Below are positions 58,601 to 64,000 of a stretch of DNA of 64,000 bases, in pieces. Where the stretch lies: contig JAITVK010000006.1 of NCBI GenBank assembly GCA_031285845.1, positions 1,286 to 65,285 on the forward strand, given 5' to 3'. This DNA is from Propionibacteriaceae bacterium (GTDB lineage: Bacteria > Actinomycetota > Actinomycetes > Propionibacteriales > Propionibacteriaceae). Made by a program: the position numbers and the translations under genes. The notes beneath the pieces were generated by a model that was not told the DNA's origin, searched no databases, and saw nothing but the letters and a program-made list of their open reading frames with translations. Position 1 is the first letter of the stretch; each line of letters begins with the position of its first letter.

Positions 58601-60066
58601 GATTGCCCGTCTGGCGAGATTCGAATCCGCGCAGCGTCCGTGCCGGTGACCGTGGTGATCGCCATGATCCCGCCGCCGGGATTCTCGTCATTGTCCAACA
58701 CGTGCAGGATCGCCGTACGACCAGGTCGAGCCCACAGATGATCCGGCCTGGCATTCGGGGTGGCTTCCTGCGACCGCTGTGGGTCGCCGGTGGTGCCTTC
58801 GTCCTGCGGATCGACCGTGTCCCACTGATCCATCGACTGCTCGTCGATGATGTCGAACACTGTCCCGGTGGCCATGTCGTTCAGAACGACTGAGCCTTTG
58901 TTGACCCGGAACGCTGGCGAGATCAGAGCCGTTCCATCGGTGGGGAACGACAGCTGCGACACCCGGGAGTCGGTGATCTTCACCACTCGCCCTGGGGTTC
59001 CCGCCCAGGCGGCGTAGGTCGTCGACGCCACCACCACTGGGCGAGCCGGAGCGCCCCACACGATGGAGTCAGCTGAGTCGGTCGAGTCCGTCGTACCGTC
59101 CCCAGGCGTGCCGTCCCCGGCCGTGCCCGACTGGGAGGCTCCGGCTTGGGGCATGCCGGATTCGGATGTGCCAGACGATGATGCGCCATCGACCTTGTCG
59201 AGGCGTGTCGGATCCCCACCGCGCAGCGGAATCGACCACAGGCCACTAGTCGCGGCCACGATCACCCGATCCGCGTTCGCCTCAGGCTGCTCCAACGCCA
59301 AAGACCGGTCAGCGCCCAACTCGTGACGAGCACCAGAGGGCAGAAACACCGCTCCTGAGATCGGATCGGCGCAGACCATCTCGCCACCGACGATCGTCAC
59401 CTCCACAGCGGCCAATTGCGCGCCCAGCGATCCGGGGGTGACGGTCCCATCCCGATCGATGCGAACCGTGTCACCTGAGGCCGAGGCCGCCACAACCACC
59501 CCGGCGGCGTCGACCGCGATCGCGACGCCGCGATCCAACCCTGACAGGACGTTCAGCGTCGCCACCGCCGGTTGATCCACCGCCAACCCGGTCAGGTCGG
59601 GAATCTCATCGGGAGCGTACGACACCGCACGAATCTCGCCCTTGTCCGAACTGATCGTGGCGAGGATCCCCCCGCCCATCGCCACCGCGCTCAACGGACC
59701 GACGGCGACCGGGCCATCGCCGGTCATCTCCACCGAACGAGGATCGATCGCGCTCAGGCGCGACTGGGAACGGGTCCATCCCACCACGGACTCCCCATCC
59801 TGGAAGACGTCGAAGGTCGCCTCACCGGCGTCGCGCAGCGGGTCGGACAGGGCAGCGTCCAACGCGCCGGCCGAACGGTTCAGGCGCCCGAACAGGCCGC
59901 GATCCCCATTGGTGACCCACACCCCGGAATCGTTCAGTTCCATCACCCGGTCGTCCATCCCGCGGCTGAAGATGGCCGCCGAGACGAGGACAGCGACCAC
60001 GACAGTCACCACGACGTACGGCGCGACAGCGCGCAACCGGGAAGAACGCGGGGTTTTGTTGGCCAT
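52636..60066 (-). CDS. Giant (2,476-aa) N-terminally membrane-anchored protein with cadherin-like/Ig-like and fibronectin type III domains
   Basis: The ATG at 60066 (AGGAG 8 nt upstream) lies 1 nt after the upstream stop. Single TM helix APYVVVTVVVAVLVSAAIF. Repeated xLxNDxDxxG cadherin-like motifs (VLDNDENPGG, VLSNDHDSAG, VLRNDSSQSG, YGQDPDGD). A clear FN3 domain (PITSYEVRW...TNGTAYQFQVKAVNKVGES) and further FN3-like modules. Confidence 0.85.
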   Translation of the reverse strand: MANKTPRSSRLRAVAPYVVVTVVVAVLVSAAIFSRGMDDRVMELNDSGVWVTNGDRGLFGRLNRSAGALDAALSDPLRDAGEATFDVFQDGESVVGWTRSQSRLSAIDPRSVEMTGDGPVAVGPLSAVAMGGGILATISSDKGEIRAVSYAPDEIPDLTGLAVDQPAVATLNVLSGLDRGVAIAVDAAGVVVAASASGDTVRIDRDGTVTPGSLGAQLAAVEVTIVGGEMVCADPISGAVFLPSGARHELGADRSLALEQPEANADRVIVAATSGLWSIPLRGGDPTRLDKVDGASSSGTSESGMPQAGASQSGTAGDGTPGDGTTDSTDSADSIVWGAPARPVVVASTTYAAWAGTPGRVVKITDSRVSQLSFPTDGTALISPAFRVNKGSVVLNDMATGTVFDIIDEQSMDQWDTVDPQDEGTTGDPQRSQEATPNARPDHLWARPGRTAILHVLDNDENPGGGIMAITTVTGTDAARIRISPDGQSLVAEVPAGQASDMTVSYSVTNRSVDDEGSESVSSADVTLSMREPGQNTAPNLVGELGVSLDAPDHTVASGGSVSIAAGWAWRDADSDPVTVVAAEVDSAPVVVSSEGVIVYHAPVVDIDTTVTINYQVGDGSGQTSPGVVYVKVLAANATLGVAPQAMSDLVRAVVDRPVVFFPVANDIPGCDPLDRQAVLALAAPISERVGLQVSTDIVTGAVTVTAARVGSYFLDYTVSFGSGFATGKIRVDVGDQTSLIAMPDTALVHGTVAATVDVLSNDHDSAGSVLTVTSATPVNPDRIQVVVVEGRWLRVRMLSSAVLAAQAQVTYAVSNGLGQQATGVVDVTQTVAPSVDRVSVVDDYARVRVGDVTTIPVLRNDSSQSGEALVLNDNVTGLLAGQLTVEDPTAPLAQAKLDVGQAFVDGSFIRYQAPLGGDQQRRLRIEYQAQSPSGSPTTGHVWVDVVPLPATAQTDSTGQDATLAAGDNAAPTPAAIEVRTIVGDTVDVPIGVYGQDPDGDSVTVVGLRTPPKFGRVTSVGADVLTYESYPDMGDSGSDTFQYYVQDRFGAVGIGTVRVGVAPVGTATASLAVDDVVTAQPGAGVNVYPMTNDIIPLGSGRVDIASDDQSAKVSLDQEHHLLQTTAPGLGEAAATTKYHLEADGVAGVSAQVSIRSQPGYVNPPNVYDHVATSVVDGVASAQVLDDAWDVDGPSGAITIVSVGAPGTFDGSTVSVPVTDRGQVIPFVVADADGAQAMAVVFVPSLKSGRPELVSGGLITMDANSSLTVDLNDYITSPRDQPVVLTMASQAWTAPEVNLGLMVESDRKITLQARNDYSGPAALTVEVRDSPDATDPDALVGVVTIPVQVGKATPVLWCPSAPQEVVQGGMARTLDIARLCHAWMPTEDAIAELRFSAEWATGGDEVTISGADGAALPSSMVQIKAGPGSIPGQSSVLTIHVDGYPDVTGEVTVAVIAAPAPTLAVASVTDVVQGSVVRIPVTVVSPMADATQNIVRVTQTQSTLAGISFDDDMITITPGPTSHGEMVFDVVASDVSDDSRTDRQVTGHFSVTVVGAPDPPSAPRADMQLRSQSAVISFVPGADNGAPITSYEVRWDGGSYSCGVNTTCEIPGLTNGTAYQFQVKAVNKVGESEWSPPSAPVIPDAPPGLVLGAKLTAVSCGSVTVTWSGTSGSGTVESYALSFSATQPGVGTTVSVGADQRTYTVPVASTVAVSGKVSIVAVNGHGQSNSAATVNFQTSCVPLWPQDSAITARAQDMGDTAQVAVTWPVADPQGPGPVTYHVTRSGPDGTKTFPPTTETTLGDNGVAYDGATYTYAVTATNASGGAAHTSEELSSSWKAVGAPAPWSSLGGAEFFVGAATGVDGQIRVSMNRFPDFRDSSGEVIVRLFGGDEVARLRPGQSSALINGLTNGEAVDLTLSACNSADACNAPIQFSVTDPGPSGVAGGVGPYGPLQAPSLTQAGGQGQEVCVTASGNGNGRASKIEVDYQIVTAQGNGGSGSGVTPTGPTGSQGWDPYCVDVGAWDTEVKFTAYVTDIDTDPNRPSSPSATLRLRSAVGVPDDFAQNAVNIEATGDNGVAQLIVDPFPRSNGGDLKVYYQVGSGEPHQTNGTGPNRITGLTNGESTTVKVWADNGTHTNTPVEVSVTTYGPMSGGFTSTSPAAGTLSVDKTQCASFTADTNGVSVRWHVLVEWDAIGSSPPTTEDIAAVGHIEETVCVDSGQANVTAKFTLYVIPLSGPVSNRIYEEISVKSAATPPPTITFNTSRGTATDKTVCVAATLTSPDFESIDVTFKMTNSVNDEWVQGTEDQTYDLCVDAGGPSVAVTFTATAVGETFMEDLPDVTEQITVTSMPDPEPILGVRSTAEVNDKTCQGCHAVVFELSRIRGPWSCSASTVGTRPDDSGATPDWSATWDFDKGSDQLYNITLQGGDWQRLGGMGSGLMSQTGAQNGYFFDGDWTVSCASDDGRTTATAKGVGTDL

Positions 60067-60067
60067 G

Positions 60068-60787
60068 TCACTGCTCCTGATCAACTGGGACGATGGGGGA
60101 GGTCGGCAGCAAGGACAGATCGTCGACGGTGACCATCTGGATGCCCAGACAGTATTCGACCAGTCGAGCCTTGCGCGACGTCGCGAGTCTCCCCGGGCCA
60201 CCATGGAGGCCCCGTACCCCCATGTCAGCGAGCTTTCCGCACAGATAGTCCAGTTTCCGGTTCAGTTTGGTGACCGACCAGCCCAACCGAGCGGCGGCCT
60301 GCGCCGACGTCGGAATGGTTCCCGCGCCCCGATTCTGATGCCGCAACACGTCTTCAGCCAAGGCGGCGACCAGGATGCGTTGCTCGACCGACAGGGTCAA
60401 CGTGCCGATCGTCAGTTCGCCCGACGCAGCCTGCTCCACGTCGACCGTCTCCCAAGGCGTGTCCTCAATGTGGATTTCGAACTCGTAGGTCGTCTCAGCC
60501 GCGGTGAACCAGACACAGACGAAAGGGAACACCAAAGGCAGCTGCCCCATCGGCGACAGCCAAGCCTGCATCTCGCCCTGATTCGATGACACCGTCGCCG
60601 ACAAGGCGGAGCCGACATTGCGCAGCCACCACAGACCGGAGTCCCACTCGACACGCAGAAACACCCGATGAAGGAACGGGTTGGCTTCGTCGAGGATCAA
60701 GTCTGCCTCCCGACCGATCGTGAACCCTCGGGTCGGATCGACCGGATAGATCTCCGAACAAAAGTCCACAGTCAGCGACGGAATCAT
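60068..60787 (-). CDS. Divergent FHA-like domain protein with C-terminal helix-turn-helix
   Basis: The ATG at 60787 overlaps the kinase stop (ATGA). The N-terminal half resembles an FHA domain (GFTIGREADLILD...WWLRNVGSALSATV). The C-terminal half has an HTH-like segment (TSAQAAARLGWSVTKLNRKLDYL). Confidence 0.55.
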   Translation of the reverse strand: MIPSLTVDFCSEIYPVDPTRGFTIGREADLILDEANPFLHRVFLRVEWDSGLWWLRNVGSALSATVSSNQGEMQAWLSPMGQLPLVFPFVCVWFTAAETTYEFEIHIEDTPWETVDVEQAASGELTIGTLTLSVEQRILVAALAEDVLRHQNRGAGTIPTSAQAAARLGWSVTKLNRKLDYLCGKLADMGVRGLHGGPGRLATSRKARLVEYCLGIQMVTVDDLSLLPTSPIVPVDQEQ

Positions 60788-62436
60788 GGGGCACATCCTT
60801 GAGTCGGGTCGATTTGGGCGTACGCGCCGGTGGCTCGGTTGACGGACACGCTGACACAGGTCTTCTCGCCCGTGACCGCCGTGGTGTACACGGGATCCTC
60901 CAAGCGCACGCGCGCGCCATCAGGAGCCACGATCCAGTAGAAATCGCTCGGATCGGCCTGGTCGTACTCCCACTGGAACGTGACCATCCCATCGGCGATC
61001 GTCGACGTGATCACTGGGGTGCCCGGATAGGTGTCGATGTCACCCACCGTGTCGTCCGGGGGGATGCTGGCGGTGGGAAGTCCCCCCGGCTCACCCTCAG
61101 GATCGGGCGAGAACACGATCCACGCTGCCACAGCCAACGCCGCGACCACGACCAGCACGACCGTGGTGATCAGCCGCCGACGCGTGGTCAGGACCGGGCG
61201 CGCGCCATCCTGATCGGCGACGGCCTCCTCGGCCGCAGGGTCGTCGTCTGACACCCCGACAGCGCTGCTCGGGCCGCCCCGTCGACGGGTGGCCAGGTCG
61301 TCGACCGCTGGTTCGCCCCGCCGACGAGTGGCCAGCTCGGTCTCCGAACCGTGTGAGCCGCCTGACTGGTTGACCGGGTCGCTCAGAGCCGGCGAGTCGG
61401 ACACAGCTTTGGCACGCGTCGCATCTGGGGAGTCCGACCGCGACGTCTGGCCGGACAAACCTGCCCCGGATTGTTGAGCCACGCCCGGCGGCGTCGCGAC
61501 TAGTGAGACCGACGCCGACCTCACCCGTGTCAGCTCGTCGTTGGTCGCCGGTGGTTGATCGAGCGACTCATCCGGTTGGTGGGCGACTTTGAACGGCGTG
61601 GCCCGCAGCCGCAGCTCCTCTTCGATCGCACCCAGCGCTCGGGCGAACGCGACCGCCGTCGCCGGACGCGACCGGGGGTCTTTACTCATCGCTTGACGAA
61701 GCAGCCGCTCCAACGACGAGGGGACGTCGCCGCGCCCAGTGGACGGCACGGGCAGGTCGCGCACCCGTACCATCATCGCGGTGGGACGATTGTCCCCGCC
61801 AGGGGCCTCGAACGGCGAATGACCGACCAAGACGTGCCACAGCGTGGCCGCCAAGGAGTAGATGTCGCAGCGCCGATCCAACGGGCCGGTGGCGAACATG
61901 GCTTCGGGCGCGGCCCACGGAACCGACAAGGACGCGTCAGTGTTGTCGACCTCATGCAGGTGAGAGGCGATCCCAAAATCCGTCAGCGCCGGGTCGCCGA
62001 ACTTGTCGATCAAAACGTTGGCAGGTTTGATGTCGCGATGCAGCAGCCCGACCTGGTGAGCGGCTTCGACCGCTGACGCCAGTTGGATGCCGACGCGCAA
62101 GACATCGGCCACCGGCATCGGTCCCCTGCGCGCCGCCTGCGCCAACGTCTCCTGCGAATAATAGGCCATTTCGATGTACGGCCGACCGTCTTGAGTGAAG
62201 CCGGAGGAATACACCCGGACGATGTTCGGGTGTTCCAGCGCGGCCATCGTGTTCGCCTCGTCGGCGAACCGCTGGATCATGCGAGGACTGAGCGCGTTGT
62301 CATGCATCACTTTGACAGCCACATCACGGCGCGGATTGGCCGACTCGTACAAGAAAACGTCCGCGAAACCGCCCGTTCCGAGCAGCCGCTTGCTGGTCAG
62401 ACCGGGAATCACCGGGGCTTGGGCGGGCGCGCGCAT
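60784..62436 (-). CDS. Hanks-type Ser/Thr protein kinase with one TM helix and a small extracytoplasmic domain
   Basis: GTGGFADV, VAVKV, HRDIKPANVLI, DFGIA and PWAAPE motifs are all present. A TM helix (LITTVVLVVVAALAVAAWIVF) is followed by a ~110-aa C-terminal beta-rich domain. Confidence 0.9.
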   Translation of the reverse strand: MRAPAQAPVIPGLTSKRLLGTGGFADVFLYESANPRRDVAVKVMHDNALSPRMIQRFADEANTMAALEHPNIVRVYSSGFTQDGRPYIEMAYYSQETLAQAARRGPMPVADVLRVGIQLASAVEAAHQVGLLHRDIKPANVLIDKFGDPALTDFGIASHLHEVDNTDASLSVPWAAPEAMFATGPLDRRCDIYSLAATLWHVLVGHSPFEAPGGDNRPTAMMVRVRDLPVPSTGRGDVPSSLERLLRQAMSKDPRSRPATAVAFARALGAIEEELRLRATPFKVAHQPDESLDQPPATNDELTRVRSASVSLVATPPGVAQQSGAGLSGQTSRSDSPDATRAKAVSDSPALSDPVNQSGGSHGSETELATRRRGEPAVDDLATRRRGGPSSAVGVSDDDPAAEEAVADQDGARPVLTTRRRLITTVVLVVVAALAVAAWIVFSPDPEGEPGGLPTASIPPDDTVGDIDTYPGTPVITSTIADGMVTFQWEYDQADPSDFYWIVAPDGARVRLEDPVYTTAVTGEKTCVSVSVNRATGAYAQIDPTQGCAP

Positions 62437-62437
62437 C

Positions 62438-64000
62438 TCAGGCCACCTCGAACACGAAATCGAAGGCGCTGGCCAGGACGACCCGGGTGCCCGGTTCCAG
62501 CGTCATCGGCTCGTTGGTGCGCAGGGCCACCGGCGGACGATGAGGCAGAATGACCTGAGTCCCATTGGTCGAACTCAGGTCACGGACCGTGACGAACCAG
62601 TCCTCCAACCGGATCTCGCAATGCTGCGACGAGATGTCACGATTCGGATCGTCGATACGAATCAGATGCGGTTGTGGCCCGACGACACCAGGCACAGCGT
62701 GCGGATTGCGACCGAACACCACCCCCCGGTCGAGCAGGATCGTCCCCCCGACCCACAGCCGCAGAATCCCCAACGCGGGTCGCGGCACTTCCAACACCGG
62801 CTGATTCTGATCCAGCACCGCGCCGCAGACCCGACAGTGCTGGGCGTACGGCGGGCTGTGATGGCCCTGAGGGCAGACGAACGCGACCACCATCACCTCA
62901 CCCGATCCACCGATCGGCGTCAGGGCCGTCCGGCGCACAGTCGCCTCCTCTGCCGGGGCATGGGCCGGGGCGATGATGAGCTCAGTCGAAGACGGGAGTG
63001 CCGCCACGGGCGGCGAAGGCACGGGGGAGGTTGGCGCGACACGGGGCGCGGAGGGGGCTGGAGCGAATTCGGGGGGTACGACGGCCGGGGGCGGTGCGAC
63101 GGTCGGAACCGGCGATGATGGTGACCTCGCCGATTCGTGGTCGGCCCTGCGCCGGACCGCCGAATACTCGGGGACCTCGCCCGTCCCGCGCCAGTCGAAA
63201 GACTCGATGAAAGCCGGTGGCTCCGAACTGCGGCGCGCCCCCGACGCGCTGCGCGGCTCGGGGTTGGTCGCCGACCAATCCTCGGCCGACGTCGTCTGGG
63301 TCTCGCCTGACGGAATCTCGATTCCCGCCTGGGCCAGATCGATGGTGGAGATCGCCACCTGTGTGCGGCCCGGATCCTCGGCGTCGCCGTGATCGGCATC
63401 GTCCCCCGCTTCCATCCCCGGGTCGTTCGCTGGGGCGACGCCGCCGAGGCCGTCAGACTGGGCGGTTCGCGCCGAATCCACTGTCGACGGATTCTGAGCC
63501 GCCGTGTTCGGCCCCACGATGCCCAGCAGATGTTCGAAGCCCATCATGGTGTCTTCGATCAGGCCAGTCGCTGATCCGGCCACACTCGAGTCAATCGCCG
63601 AAGCGAGTGCGCTCGAATCGGATTGCGCCTCGACCGAGTCATCGCTCGACCCTGGCCAGACGATGCGGTCAGCCAGCACGGACCCGCGGGCCAACTCCAG
63701 CCACCCACCGGCCGCCCCCGACCCAGCGTCGGTCGTGCCATGACCGACAAAAGCAACTTCACTGTGCGCCGGCGCCTCTCGGCGGGTCAGCTCCGCTGAG
63801 AATTGCGACGCGACACCGTCGACTGTGACGGCGAACCGCCCGTACCCCAGGATTGTCACCGTCGTCGATCCGACGACCATCGCAGCGAAGGATGGCGTGA
63901 CCGACGGCTCAGGCCCACCGCCCAGCGACGGCGTCGATCCCGATGACGAACCAGACGAACCCTCCGCGACCGCCTGGCTGATCGCGGCGATGGGGTCGTC
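62438..64000 (-). CDS. FHA-domain protein with a zinc-ribbon-like motif; the reading frame is open to the window edge
   Basis: C-terminal FHA (FGRNP...IDDPNRDISSQHCEIRLED..VRDLSSTNGTQV) is preceded by CPQGHH...CRVCG and a long Pro/Ala/Ser-rich linker. The first ATG is at 63880, but the same frame has no stop up to 64000. Confidence 0.8.
   Translation of the reverse strand, partial: DDPIAAISQAVAEGSSGSSSGSTPSLGGGPEPSVTPSFAAMVVGSTTVTILGYGRFAVTVDGVASQFSAELTRREAPAHSEVAFVGHGTTDAGSGAAGGWLELARGSVLADRIVWPGSSDDSVEAQSDSSALASAIDSSVAGSATGLIEDTMMGFEHLLGIVGPNTAAQNPSTVDSARTAQSDGLGGVAPANDPGMEAGDDADHGDAEDPGRTQVAISTIDLAQAGIEIPSGETQTTSAEDWSATNPEPRSASGARRSSEPPAFIESFDWRGTGEVPEYSAVRRRADHESARSPSSPVPTVAPPPAVVPPEFAPAPSAPRVAPTSPVPSPPVAALPSSTELIIAPAHAPAEEATVRRTALTPIGGSGEVMVVAFVCPQGHHSPPYAQHCRVCGAVLDQNQPVLEVPRPALGILRLWVGGTILLDRGVVFGRNPHAVPGVVGPQPHLIRIDDPNRDISSQHCEIRLEDWFVTVRDLSSTNGTQVILPHRPPVALRTNEPMTLEPGTRVVLASAFDFVFEVA

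Noticed and set aside
1-64000. Mobile elements, prophage, defence islands, toxin-antitoxin pairs, rRNA/tRNA genes
   Set aside because: I saw no integrase, transposase, recombinase or phage-like ORFs, no recognisable defence-gene motifs, and no RNA-gene signatures by eye. The only MITE-like candidate is reported separately at 28997-29153.

Overview
This is a high-GC, actinobacterial-type chromosomal window. My guess is a Propionibacteriales-like organism, which I cannot verify without a search. I support about 42 protein genes. By eye I found no rRNA, tRNA, CRISPR array, transposase or integrase.

Positions 1-31.4 kb form one unbroken run of minus-strand genes:
- an Opp/Dpp-type peptide ABC importer;
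- a nucleoside-salvage block: PGM-family sugar-phosphate mutase, deoC, deoA, cdd and a BMP-lipoprotein ABC importer;
- pheA, a MaoC dehydratase, a LacI regulator, a spermidine-synthase-like gene and lysS;
- a ~2,061-aa repeat-rich surface adhesin;
- a fused folB-folK gene, separated from folP by a 1.1-kb repeat-rich non-coding island.

Positions 31-48 kb hold mixed small genes (GNAT, small Fe-S protein, methyltransferase, DUF2087, Dyp peroxidase, SIMPL, DUF2510), then cydA, cydB and a single fused cydDC ORF, an ABC-2 exporter, LemA and a HAD hydrolase.

Positions 48-64 kb are the most interesting part. They form a tightly translationally coupled minus-strand operon: FHA/Zn-ribbon protein, Hanks Ser/Thr kinase, FHA-like+HTH protein, a 2,476-aa membrane-anchored cadherin-like/FN3 protein, MoxR AAA+ ATPase, DUF58 protein and a transglutaminase-like membrane protein whose catalytic triad appears substituted. 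The operon runs off the window edge.

All family calls come from my reading of motifs in the translated ORFs. No database search, alignment or folding was run. Many long ORFs in the supplied track are antisense shadow ORFs typical of high-GC DNA and are not reported as genes.
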